Shown here: one piece after another, positions 32,018 to 41,345 of the stretch
Layout: each line of letters starts with the position of its first letter
How positions within the stretch are numbered: the stretch's first letter is position 1
Assembly (NCBI GenBank): GCA_035530115.1
Contig: DATKVL010000107.1
Coordinates: forward strand, 1-52,527
Direction of reading: 5' to 3'
Length of the DNA stretch: 52,527 nt
Source of the DNA: Dehalococcoidia bacterium
Lineage (GTDB): Bacteria > Chloroflexota > Dehalococcoidia > GIF9 > AB-539-J10
Program-made: the position numbers and the translations under genes
Notes under the pieces: model-generated
The model's input: only the letters and a program-made list of their open reading frames with translations
What the model was told of the DNA's origin: nothing
Databases searched by the model: none

Positions 32018-34373
32018 AGGACCGATAATCACTGGCCGTTTGCGGCTTAAGGATGAGACAGGTAAGACACTGGACTCGCTTAGAGGTAAAATAGGGTCAG
32101 TCTTCGGCATCATAGCGAAGAGCGTCATGGTCGCCGGCGCCGCCGCCGTGACGGGGATGGGGTTATCCATCAAAGCGGCTGCCGACTTCGAGGAAGCCCT
32201 CACCAGAATCATAGCGGCGTCAGGTAAGACCGGTGAGGAGGCGAAGAACCTTGAAACCGCTTTATCTGACGCAGCCAAGGCGGCGGGCCCCGAGTTCGGG
32301 ATAAGCGCGACGAACGCCGTAGTCGCCCTAGAGGCCCTCGTGAAGGCGGGTCTTGAGGGAGAGGAGGCCATAACAGCGCTTCAGGGGGCGCTGCAGCTCG
32401 CGGCTCTCGAAGGAATGGGTACTGCTGAAGCCTCCAACATGCTCGTATCGGCGATGACGATGTTCGGCCTCGAAGCTGAGGACGCAACCCACATAATCGA
32501 CATGTTCTCGGCTGCCGCTGACGCAGGCATAGACGCCGCAGGGGGCTATGCGGCGGGCCTCTCAAACGTAGGGGCCACGGCTAACGCCATGGGACTCAGC
32601 ATGGAGGAGACGATGGCTGCCCTTGTGCAACTTGACAAAACGTTCGGCGGTGCCCAGGAGTCCGGGACATTCCTCAACCGCATGCTTCTTGACATGACTT
32701 CGAAGGCGGACAAGGCAGGACTCGAACTCTATAATGTGGACGGCTCGATGAGGAGTCTGGACGACATCATGGGGCAGGTTCGTGAGGTCTTACAGGGATT
32801 CGGAGATGACCAGAAGGCAGTCAACGAGTGGCTGGGGCAGTTCGACATGCGAGCCCAGAAAGCCATCCTCGGTCTCGCTGGCTATGATGAAAGCATCTAC
32901 GAGACTCAGAGAGACCTTGAGCAGATGCGGTCGGCGCAGGATAAAGTCAACTTGGTTCTCGACACGTTTGCGGGGCGTATGAAGATAGCGGGGTCTCGCA
33001 TCCAGGTGATGGCTGTGAGTCTAGGGGAGCGGCTGATGCCTTACGCCCTCGGCGTGTTAACCGTATTTGAGGACTGGATGCCAGTGATCAGCGACCTTAT
33101 CGACGACTTCGCCACCTTCGCAACTAAGATTTTTGATGTGGCGGGCGCCCTCGCGGAGGGCGACTGGGACGCAGCGTTCAGAATCATAGAGGAAATCTAC
33201 AGCGGCATATCAAGCAAATTCGTGGAGTGGTTTAACGAGATCGATTGGGATGGGGTGTGGGCTAAAGCCAGGGCGTTCCTCGGAACCCTCTACGAGAGAT
33301 TCATGGGTTGGGCTGGGGACATAGCGTCCTTCTTCATCGCTTGGTGGGGCAAGATTGACTGGATCGCCGTATGGAGTGGACTTCAAACCTTCACTGAGGG
33401 TCTATTCGATACGATCAAAGGGTGGGCCGGCGACATCGCCACGTTCTTCGTTGACTGGTGGGACGCCACAGACTGGGACGAGGTGTGGGGCGGCCTGAAA
33501 AGATACGTCACTTATCTATGGGATAAAGTCGCGGGATGGGCCGGGGACATAAGCACCGCCTTCCTCAACTGGTTCGGAACCGTTAACTGGTCAACCGTCT
33601 TCGGCGGACTAAGCGACTGGATGGACGCTTTCTGGGGTTGGCTCTTCGGCAAGGCGGTGCCGGACATAGAAACGGCTTTCACTGAATGGGTGGGCACGGT
33701 CGACTGGTCCGCCGTCTTCAAGAGCCTGGGATCGTTTGCCGTTAACCTTCCCTTATGGATATTTGAGCAGATCAGTAAAGCCCCTCAAAACATCGGGTAC
33801 TATATAGGCGAGCATATTAGAGAAACAGATTGGCGTGAGGTCTTCAGTGCCATCGGGGACGGGATCGTTGACACTCTTAAGGGCGCCGCGGACACGTTCC
33901 TTGACTGGATGCCAGACTGGCTTAAGGAACTGCTCGGCCTCAAGAAAATAGAGGTTCCTGCACAGCCTAAACCGCCTGCGCCAACACCCCCCGCGCCGAC
34001 ACCGCCAAGAGATGGAGACAGAGATGGGGCGCCAACGCCTCCTGCACCAGCACCGCCCGTACCAACGCCCCCAGCGCCGACGCCACCCACACCATACATT
34101 CCGGAGGGTCCGTGGGGCGGCGCCGAGAGGTTCGCAGTCCAACACGGATTCGAGGGTATGGTGACGAAGCCGACTCATTTCCTCGCCGGCGAAGCTGGGT
34201 CCGAGTACGTGAGCGTCACGCCCCGGGGTGCCCTGGCGGAGCGAGGGAGTGGCGACATCAACATCAATGTGACTGTGGGGTCTATGGAGTCATCGGAGGA
34301 TGCGAGGCGTTACGCCGTCGAGTTCGCTGATGAGGCCGTGAGGGAGCTTAGAAAGAGGGGGGTTACCATGTGA
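32010..34373 (+). CDS. Tail tape measure protein (TP901-family core)
   Basis: 787 aa; FEEALTRIIAASGKTGEE...ATNAVVALEALVKAGL...ASNMLVSAMTMFGL core; W-rich 38-aa tandem repeats; C-terminal FLAGEAGSEYVSVTP motif. Confidence 0.85.
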   Translation: MSEGPIITGRLRLKDETGKTLDSLRGKIGSVFGIIAKSVMVAGAAAVTGMGLSIKAAADFEEALTRIIAASGKTGEEAKNLETALSDAAKAAGPEFGISATNAVVALEALVKAGLEGEEAITALQGALQLAALEGMGTAEASNMLVSAMTMFGLEAEDATHIIDMFSAAADAGIDAAGGYAAGLSNVGATANAMGLSMEETMAALVQLDKTFGGAQESGTFLNRMLLDMTSKADKAGLELYNVDGSMRSLDDIMGQVREVLQGFGDDQKAVNEWLGQFDMRAQKAILGLAGYDESIYETQRDLEQMRSAQDKVNLVLDTFAGRMKIAGSRIQVMAVSLGERLMPYALGVLTVFEDWMPVISDLIDDFATFATKIFDVAGALAEGDWDAAFRIIEEIYSGISSKFVEWFNEIDWDGVWAKARAFLGTLYERFMGWAGDIASFFIAWWGKIDWIAVWSGLQTFTEGLFDTIKGWAGDIATFFVDWWDATDWDEVWGGLKRYVTYLWDKVAGWAGDISTAFLNWFGTVNWSTVFGGLSDWMDAFWGWLFGKAVPDIETAFTEWVGTVDWSAVFKSLGSFAVNLPLWIFEQISKAPQNIGYYIGEHIRETDWREVFSAIGDGIVDTLKGAADTFLDWMPDWLKELLGLKKIEVPAQPKPPAPTPPAPTPPRDGDRDGAPTPPAPAPPVPTPPAPTPPTPYIPEGPWGGAERFAVQHGFEGMVTKPTHFLAGEAGSEYVSVTPRGALAERGSGDININVTVGSMESSEDARRYAVEFADEAVRELRKRGVTM
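33228..33737 (+). repeat. About 4.5 in-frame tandem repeats of 114-117 nt (38-39 aa, W-x-x-x-I/V-D/N-W...GWAGDI...) inside the tape measure gene
   Basis: Unit starts at 33228, 33342, 33456, 33570 and 33687, each beginning TGG; WFNEIDWDGVW / WWGKIDWIAVW / WWDATDWDEVW / WFGTVNWSTVF / WVGTVDWSAVF. Confidence 0.85.
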
Positions 34374-36847
34374 TCGGGAAGATCAAGATCGAAGGCGTCG
34401 AGAAGCCGCACATGGGCCAGTTGAATGTTGAATGGGACGTCAGTACCCTCGACAGCTTTAGGGCTACGCTCCGCGTGGCCGAGGACTTGGCCGGATACGC
34501 TGAGGCCACGATCGAGCGAGACAACATCGAAATATTCGGCGGGCGGATTCAGACCCCGAAAATACGCTTCGGCGCCGAGGGGACGGGTATGACCGTGGAG
34601 GGCTACGACTACACGATTATGCTCCAGGACTACCTGACGCCCGCTCAGAGCATCGTAGACAAGACGACGGCGGCCGCCCTCGCCCTCATATTAACTAACT
34701 GGCCGCACGCCATAGCCCCAATAGATGGGGCTTTCGCCTACATATCGCAGCTAGAGGAATGGGAGACGAGCCTAGAGTTCCTCAGGGACATCGAGCTTTA
34801 CACCGACACCTGCATCGAGTTTGCCATTACCGACCCCGAGATAAACAACGAGTTTCGCACGGGAACCATCCAGTCATACAGTGCAGGGGGGCTGCATAAC
34901 TGCTTCTTCTACGACGGGACGACGCAGCGGTTCTACATATTCTACCGGGAAGGCGGCGACATCTGCTACGACCGCAGCGTCGATGGCGTAACATGGACAC
35001 GGGTGGTCACCCCATACGCCTGCCCGTCCAACCACTTCAGCGTGGCCTGGCATGACAACAAAGTTTACCTCTTCTTTGAGGGTGCTGCGAACGTCACTGA
35101 CCTCTACAGGGGCACGATAAACGACCCGGATGGTGTGATTAACTTCGTTTGGAGAGATGGAGACATATTTGCGAACCCGAATGCGATGAGGTTCGGCCCC
35201 GTCTGGGGCAACGAAGGACATATCTGGGTGGTCGAGGAAGTTGCGAATGGTCGGGCGTGGGAGTCTGAAGACGACGGGGCGAGTTGGAACGCCAGATTCG
35301 TGGGTCCGGCAGACCACAACCTTTGGGGAGTAGTCCCTAGAAGGATTCTGTATGGTGCCGGCGACATGATCGGCTTCGTATTGAATGATGTTGTCGATGA
35401 TTTGGAGGAGTGGCTGTATGATAAGTCGGTGCCCTCATTCACACGCACCAGAAAGATTTGTGATACCACCGGCGACATAGACGCGCTGCAGGCCACGGTA
35501 AGCCACCACTATTACAACCCTTGGGTCTGCTTTCGCGACGGAACCACGATCTATGTTTACAGCCTTTTTGGAGCAGTATGGAGCAGTCGGTACTCTGGCA
35601 CAGTTGGAGATTATGATGGTAGCTTCAGCTTCTGCTGCGACGCAGGTGAAGCGGCTTACCTGATCTATAACCAACCAGCCGGGTCCTTTGTCATTAAGTT
35701 GGGAGGGGCGGGTGATGTTACTTGGCCAGTAACATCCACTTATATGTGGTATCCCTCCGGCACAATTTTTGGAGGATCTAACCCCTTCGCGGAGGAAGGA
35801 GACTTAGGGGTTTTCTTCTGTGCATTAGACTCAGACGCTGACGGTTGGTTCATACTCTTCCCGCCGACGGGGATAAGGCTCCACGAGTTCTCCAATTCCG
35901 GGTCGTTCCGAGCGGACGCCGTTACCACTAGCGGGGTTCAATGGGGGCTACTTACCTCTGAAAACATTGAGGTCCTCGACGACTGGAGCATCCTCGATAA
36001 TGCTAACGTGTTGCTCCTCGACGGCATCGAGACGACCTACGACCTGCACTACGACGGCAGCTTGGACCCGGCTGAGAACGTTGTCAAGGTCAAATGTGAT
36101 TTGTACCGTCTTGTTGCCCAACAGCCATACGTTTCGGCCTTCGCTATTTCGGAGCGCCTTGACGAGGTTACTATGGACACGGACTATGAGGACTGCTTCA
36201 TAGGCGTCTCAAGGCTCGCCGATCTCGCTGGTGCCGAGTTCTGGGTGGAGAAGGCCGGTGGCGTCTACACGCTTTACTTCTCAACTCGGCGGGGTAGTGA
36301 CAAGTCCAACCTTGTGGTGCTGAAAAGTGCCAAGACGGCGGACTACCCCACTGTTGAGCCGAATATAAAGTTTCTGGAGAATACCTTTGACTGGGACCGA
36401 TACGCGAACTGCATAAAGGTGATCGGCGGAACCGTGGACGGAGTCCGAGTCGAGGGAACGGTGAAGGATCCCACGGAGATCGCCGCCTTCGGCCAGGAAG
36501 TCTGGAAGACGCTTCGGGACGCCGACATACTTACGGTGAGCATGGCGGTACAGCGGGGTTACATTGAGCTTCAGAGACGGAATGCTGTGTCGCTTCGCAT
36601 CACGGGGCGTTTCCTCGACGAGTATGATCCGAAGGATATAGAGATCGGTGACAGCGTGACCCTTGTGGCCGAGTGGGATGATGGCGCCCTGAAGATCTCT
36701 GGCTCTCACAGGATCATCCAGCTTTCAAGGGATTACGGCGCGGACGGTGAACAGGTAAGCGCCTCGTTTAGCAACCAGATGAAGGCGGCTGAGTATTGGG
36801 CTTATATGAGCAAGACGGCCACTCTTGAGCGGTGGTTCACAGCGTAG
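34370..36847 (+). CDS. Large distal tail/baseplate protein with an internal Asp-box (BNR) beta-propeller-like insertion
   Basis: 825 aa directly after the TMP; Asp-boxes SVDGVTW (34976..34996) and SEDDGASW (35264..35287); N- and C-terminal parts resemble siphovirus distal tail proteins (positional inference). Confidence 0.6.
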   Translation: MIGKIKIEGVEKPHMGQLNVEWDVSTLDSFRATLRVAEDLAGYAEATIERDNIEIFGGRIQTPKIRFGAEGTGMTVEGYDYTIMLQDYLTPAQSIVDKTTAAALALILTNWPHAIAPIDGAFAYISQLEEWETSLEFLRDIELYTDTCIEFAITDPEINNEFRTGTIQSYSAGGLHNCFFYDGTTQRFYIFYREGGDICYDRSVDGVTWTRVVTPYACPSNHFSVAWHDNKVYLFFEGAANVTDLYRGTINDPDGVINFVWRDGDIFANPNAMRFGPVWGNEGHIWVVEEVANGRAWESEDDGASWNARFVGPADHNLWGVVPRRILYGAGDMIGFVLNDVVDDLEEWLYDKSVPSFTRTRKICDTTGDIDALQATVSHHYYNPWVCFRDGTTIYVYSLFGAVWSSRYSGTVGDYDGSFSFCCDAGEAAYLIYNQPAGSFVIKLGGAGDVTWPVTSTYMWYPSGTIFGGSNPFAEEGDLGVFFCALDSDADGWFILFPPTGIRLHEFSNSGSFRADAVTTSGVQWGLLTSENIEVLDDWSILDNANVLLLDGIETTYDLHYDGSLDPAENVVKVKCDLYRLVAQQPYVSAFAISERLDEVTMDTDYEDCFIGVSRLADLAGAEFWVEKAGGVYTLYFSTRRGSDKSNLVVLKSAKTADYPTVEPNIKFLENTFDWDRYANCIKVIGGTVDGVRVEGTVKDPTEIAAFGQEVWKTLRDADILTVSMAVQRGYIELQRRNAVSLRITGRFLDEYDPKDIEIGDSVTLVAEWDDGALKISGSHRIIQLSRDYGADGEQVSASFSNQMKAAEYWAYMSKTATLERWFTA

Positions 36848-36864
36848 ACATGAGGTGAATTGAT

Positions 36865-37287
36865 GTGACACAGATCGGCGTAGCTGTAGTGGATATTCCG
36901 GAGGAGTATCGTTACAGTCAGTACGGGGTGGTCCTGGGGGGCGCCGTGGACCGGGACGAGGATCTGCATAGCATGAGGGAGCTCTTCGCCCTATGCCGGA
37001 CGGGCACGGCAATACATAACATTCCGGGGCGGCGTCCCATTGGAGAGGATATGGACGAGGAGCTGCGCAACACGCAGTACGTGCAGTTCAGCCATGGCGA
37101 CCGCCCGATAACAGGCTGGTATCTGCTCAGGAGCTTCAGCCTCTTCCAGGACGAGACACCCATGGGTGCCGACCGCGCCACCTATGCCTTCACCGTGGAC
37201 CTATTCTTCCTCGGAACCGTCGCCTATTACGTAGCGGGCTTTGCGTTGAAGGACCTCGAAGCAGCAGTCTCGGATTGGGGGATATAG
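36865..37287 (+). CDS. Hypothetical tail component
   Basis: ORF track 140 aa (GTG after aggtga). Confidence 0.5.
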   Translation: MTQIGVAVVDIPEEYRYSQYGVVLGGAVDRDEDLHSMRELFALCRTGTAIHNIPGRRPIGEDMDEELRNTQYVQFSHGDRPITGWYLLRSFSLFQDETPMGADRATYAFTVDLFFLGTVAYYVAGFALKDLEAAVSDWGI

Positions 37288-37351
37288 ATGGCTGATTACT
37301 TCCACACAATGTCATATGGGAAGGAAGAATCGTTAAAGGAGTTGAAATGAC

Positions 37352-40039
37352 ATGCCGATGGCGGAAATAGGTTTACCTGTCTCAAGTCAGAACCTGAAAA
37401 TAACTCATAACGGCGTCGACTATAACCTCGTCGAATCCGTTTTCACGGCTCCGGCGGTGGCGAGCACTCGTATAGAAGCCAGGTCGAGCAATGCCGTTGA
37501 CAACACGCAGAACCTTGTGGTATATGGCATAGTAGCCGGAGCCCCAGTCTCAGAGAGCTTCGCGCTTAACGGCACCACATGGGTGAATGGAGCCCTGGAC
37601 TTCACCGAGGTCTTCGAGGCCTACCTAGACGCTGTCTGTGCGGGCACCGTCTCGATCAGGGATAGCACCGCCGTCGTCCTCGGAACGATAGCCATCGGCC
37701 GTCGGGTGCTCAGCCCCGACGTATTCAAGCGTGTCGGCAAGGACGGCAACGAGGTTATCCTGCCGCTCTGCGGGGGCTGCGAGTTCGTCGGCGAGGTCCT
37801 TGAGGGCCAATTTAAGAAGGACTGGGACGCCGACATAGTCACCTTCACGGCACGGATCAATGGCGTGGTCACGGGCATGCTGGAGATGGGCGGCGAATCT
37901 GACTCCGATGGCACCTTGAGATATGGCTGGATCAACAACCATCACCCCTTTGTTCTGATGAACAAGGCGGAGCTAACGGTTGAGCTGGAGATCCCGACGG
38001 CGGACACCACTACGCCAACTTATGACATATACTTCGAGTTCTACATACGAGACCAGAAGGAGTTAACCACACCGTCAAATGATCCAAACTTCATCATGGT
38101 ACGACACTTCGTAGACCAGAACGGCCTAATTCTGCAGCTATACAAGGAGGTGGGCGGCGTCAACACGCTTCTGTGGGACGGTTCCACCGCAGACGGCGAC
38201 AGCATCTTCAGCACCACCGCCGACCAGTTCTGGATATTCCGATTCGTCTTCCACGACGGCCACGCCGGCGAGGCGGCCCCGGCGGATGACAGGCACATGC
38301 ACGTCTACGCTAAGCACGGCGCCAGCCGGGCGACCGCTGAGGCGGCGACGGAGGAGGAACTCTATGACACCGTTGGCACCCAGGCGAGCCCCTACGACAT
38401 AAGCGATCTGCTCTTCAAGGTGGGCTACCCGGCGTATCAGATCATAACTGCAAACGAGATATGGTTCGGCGATTCGGTGGGCTCCGGCCTTGAGGCGATA
38501 AGCACTTACCTGCGCACCAGTTACCCCGCCCTCTTCGCGTTGAAGTACGACTTCACGGACGCGGACTATGGGGATGGGGATGTGTGTCTCTACGATGGAG
38601 ATCCGGCGTTAGCGACTTCACAGCGTGTTTACGATGAAGATCACGAATTCGCGTCTGATGCTTACTTACAAAACGGTTTGTTGAGGCTTCACGTAGATGC
38701 GGGTGTTGATGGACTGAAACTATATTATTGGACGGGGGCAGTATGGGCTCAACCAGTTAAAACCATAAATATGGCTCTCGAAACGGACGTCATCTCTTTA
38801 AGGTATGTTCATCTACTTGGGGTGAATCAGGTTTCCCCCGAAAAAACAAGTATACGGCTAAAGTTCACGGAGACAGCGGTTAACAATAATAATTTTTATA
38901 TAATTATGACCATATCGCTTCAGAGGGGAAAATGGTCTTTAGAATGTATCATCACCAACATTCAACCAGAACAACCCACCCAAATTGGAAACTTATCGAA
39001 CATTCCTAAAATGAGGTGGGGATATGTTGGAGATGGTAAAATTGGTGACGAGGATGTATCTGTATCTGGAACAAATACCACGTTCACAGACAACTTTTTA
39101 TTAATATTTGATGATGGTGACGCCGTTGTTTTCACGGTATCTATGAACAAAAAACCAAATAGTGCCCCCTTAAGATTTATTACTTCTACTGGTGGTCTGC
39201 TTGTGGCGGATGCCTTCAGCCCCGCAACAGCATTAGAAAACACATTCTGGTTATCATTAACTCCGTTCCCTCTTGTCGCTAATCTCTTCAAGGAAGCTGA
39301 GGACGCTACGCTGGGCGCTGGGGCGGCGAGGCTGTTCGGGGAGCCGGCGGTTGGGTCAGCGAACTTGCAGGCGTTCAGCGCGGGGGCGGATGTGGGCAAC
39401 GTGTTGACGATCATCGGCGACGTGGGCGGCGTCAGGACGACGGACACGATCACGCTGAACGGCGTCGCCGTGGTTCCCGGCACGGAGGACTTCGACCGCG
39501 TCTACATATTGAAACTAGCCCCGGCGGCGGGTAACAACGTGACGGTGCAGGACAGCCTCGGCAACCCCATACACATCATACCCGCAGGGACGACCCTCGT
39601 GAGTAATTGCGTGATACTGGACGCTATAACCGAGTACGTCCGATACAACTTCACTGCTGGCACCGACCTGCCCGCTGGAAGGTACTTCGCCTTCTTCCGT
39701 GTGGCGGATCAGTTCCAGGTGGCGGACGACATAGCGTTGAGGGTCACCAACGCTACGGATGGTGAGCAGCGGGGCGAGCAGAACAGCGAGTTCACCGTCA
39801 CTGCGCCTGCGGCGTCTGCGTATGGGTACTATGGGGAGGTCTTCGACATACTTGAGGAGGACGTGGCGGGGCTGAATACCATAGGTATGGTGGTGACGAA
39901 AGACACGGGCGGCGGCAACGAAATCTACGTCGACTACTTCCTCTGTATTCCCATCGGAGACGGACGCGATTGGCCGGGTGACCTTGCCCACGCAGCCCTG
40001 CGCACCTTCACGAAGCCGAGGCGCCTCTACGTCCGCTGA
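37352..40039 (+). CDS. Tail fibre / receptor-binding protein (putative), compositionally mosaic
   Basis: 895 aa, last gene of the tail module; duplicated ~65-aa domain near both ends; AT-rich internal segment ~38590..39285. Confidence 0.55.
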   Translation: MPMAEIGLPVSSQNLKITHNGVDYNLVESVFTAPAVASTRIEARSSNAVDNTQNLVVYGIVAGAPVSESFALNGTTWVNGALDFTEVFEAYLDAVCAGTVSIRDSTAVVLGTIAIGRRVLSPDVFKRVGKDGNEVILPLCGGCEFVGEVLEGQFKKDWDADIVTFTARINGVVTGMLEMGGESDSDGTLRYGWINNHHPFVLMNKAELTVELEIPTADTTTPTYDIYFEFYIRDQKELTTPSNDPNFIMVRHFVDQNGLILQLYKEVGGVNTLLWDGSTADGDSIFSTTADQFWIFRFVFHDGHAGEAAPADDRHMHVYAKHGASRATAEAATEEELYDTVGTQASPYDISDLLFKVGYPAYQIITANEIWFGDSVGSGLEAISTYLRTSYPALFALKYDFTDADYGDGDVCLYDGDPALATSQRVYDEDHEFASDAYLQNGLLRLHVDAGVDGLKLYYWTGAVWAQPVKTINMALETDVISLRYVHLLGVNQVSPEKTSIRLKFTETAVNNNNFYIIMTISLQRGKWSLECIITNIQPEQPTQIGNLSNIPKMRWGYVGDGKIGDEDVSVSGTNTTFTDNFLLIFDDGDAVVFTVSMNKKPNSAPLRFITSTGGLLVADAFSPATALENTFWLSLTPFPLVANLFKEAEDATLGAGAARLFGEPAVGSANLQAFSAGADVGNVLTIIGDVGGVRTTDTITLNGVAVVPGTEDFDRVYILKLAPAAGNNVTVQDSLGNPIHIIPAGTTLVSNCVILDAITEYVRYNFTAGTDLPAGRYFAFFRVADQFQVADDIALRVTNATDGEQRGEQNSEFTVTAPAASAYGYYGEVFDILEEDVAGLNTIGMVVTKDTGGGNEIYVDYFLCIPIGDGRDWPGDLAHAALRTFTKPRRLYVR

Positions 40040-40074
40040 GAACAGAGCAAGGAACCGACCAACCCACAAGAACC

Positions 40075-40116
40075 CTTATATATTGTTACCCGTACCCCAA
40101 TGTGGTGATGAATACG
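40075..40116 (+). promoter_or_regulatory. Motif A copy 1: TATA box plus conserved leaderless start (cttatatattgttacccgtaccccaatgtggtgatgaatacg)
   Basis: 38/42 identical to 41439..41480; TATA 26 nt upstream of GTG 40102. Confidence 0.7.
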
Positions 40117-40482
40117 ACAAAAACGCAAATTATGAAGCGCGGTTTACTATTTTTAACCGTTTTCCTAATCACATTAGGAACCATATCAATGGCGCTTCCG
40201 TCAGATAGCCAACTCAGCGAAGTCATTGGATACATCGAGGAATGCCGGGACATACACATATTATGGGTTGATTACCTCACCGAGAATAGCGAATTTGACT
40301 CCTCCCAAGTCGGCGATGTTCAATGGCACCAGGAATGGGTTGAACGATACAACGAAACCCTTGACATCCTGTATGATACGCGCCGTCTAGCCCAGCTGGT
40401 TAACCCGTTCTCCCTTCCCTGGACGCCGAGCGACCGTATATCTGCCTCCCTGATTCTGGCAGCCTCGACCAGCCAACCTTAA
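40102..40482 (+). CDS. Secreted/membrane-anchored hypothetical protein
   Basis: ORF track 126 aa; signal-peptide-like MKRGLLFLTVFLITLGTISMALP. Confidence 0.6.
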   Translation: MVMNTTKTQIMKRGLLFLTVFLITLGTISMALPSDSQLSEVIGYIEECRDIHILWVDYLTENSEFDSSQVGDVQWHQEWVERYNETLDILYDTRRLAQLVNPFSLPWTPSDRISASLILAASTSQP

Positions 40483-40500
40483 AGACGGATAGTTTCTGAC

Positions 40501-40560
40501 CATATTCACCTACGCGTCAGGGGGCTCCTTGTCACGCCCCAAAACCTAATAAAAATAGAT
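40501..40560 (+). repeat. Motif B copy 1: conserved hairpin element (…gtcaGGGGCtccttgtcacGCCCCaaaacc…) followed by an A-rich tract
   Basis: 35/44 identity over the core with 41346..41407; GGGGC/GCCCC stem. Confidence 0.65.
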
Positions 40561-40642
40561 ATTCTAGGCACCATGAAGCAGCACCTTCATACACACAATG
40601 GATTTAAAAACATCTCCCCCCTCCTTCTTTAATTGATGAAAG

Positions 40643-41344
40643 TTGAGTGAAGAGAACCCTATCTGCAGGATCACGAAGCTAGAACATCCCTATACCATGC
40701 CCATCGACGGAGATCTCCAGATTGGAATCGAGTACAATAACACTAGCGTAGAGGGACCAACGTTCTACAGGACGAGAAAGCCTGGCACCTGGGACTTTAA
40801 AATGATGGCGGACATACCCAGCCACAGCCCAGGGGAACTGCATGGAGGCCATACCTACTATGCCGTTCCAAAAGGTCACCTGATCCTTCAGGTCGAGGTG
40901 GGACACGGCACATGGCTTAACCCGATAAAGATCACGGACACCAAGATGATAATCATCCTGCACCCCGACTATCCCGCACCCGATCCAAGCGACACGAAGG
41001 TCATCGTTGACATCGTTACGCCCCCTAAGATGTGGCCTGTAACGCAACGATTCTGGGCGGAGCCTGGATCAACCATAATGGCGGCTTGGATCTACGACAA
41101 CCGAGAAGGGGAACATGCGTGGAGGGTTAAATACAGCCGTACAACTTCCGTTGACATAGGCGTGGTGCCTCTGGACTGGGTTGTGAACGGTGCACCTTTC
41201 GGATCATCATCTGAGGTGTACGAGATCGCCCCAGGGGAGACACATGTGATCGAGGTTAAGGCATCAACACCTGCCGACTACGAACCCAAACTCATTAACT
41301 TCAGAGTGATACCCGTCAACCCAGAGCTTGTGACACCTATCTAG
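40643..41344 (+). CDS. Hypothetical protein (beta-rich)
   Basis: ORF track 233 aa (TTG start). Confidence 0.55.
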   Translation: MSEENPICRITKLEHPYTMPIDGDLQIGIEYNNTSVEGPTFYRTRKPGTWDFKMMADIPSHSPGELHGGHTYYAVPKGHLILQVEVGHGTWLNPIKITDTKMIIILHPDYPAPDPSDTKVIVDIVTPPKMWPVTQRFWAEPGSTIMAAWIYDNREGEHAWRVKYSRTTSVDIGVVPLDWVVNGAPFGSSSEVYEIAPGETHVIEVKASTPADYEPKLINFRVIPVNPELVTPI

Positions 41345-41345
41345 G

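Noticed and set aside
33228-33737. Regular ~114-nt repeats that might be mistaken for a CRISPR-like or satellite array
   Set aside because: The repeats are in frame within the tape measure ORF, contiguous without spacers, and conserved at the protein level (Trp periodicity), so they are coding tandem repeats. I saw no repeat-spacer architecture anywhere in the window.
37498-39590. Possibility that the duplicated RBP domains are a diversity-generating retroelement template/variable repeat pair
   Set aside because: No reverse transcriptase gene is present anywhere in the genome. The two copies are similar only at the protein level (~30 percent), not near-identical at the nucleotide level with adenine-specific differences.
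40132-40482. Alternative start ATG 40132 (MKRGLLFL...) for the secreted protein, with GGTGAT at 40105 acting as its SD
   Set aside because: The spacing from GGTGAT to ATG 40132 is ~21 nt, too long for SD function. The conserved motif A geometry (TATA to GTGGTGATG about 26 nt) in three copies supports initiation at 40102-40108. The mature protein would be the same after signal-peptide cleavage.
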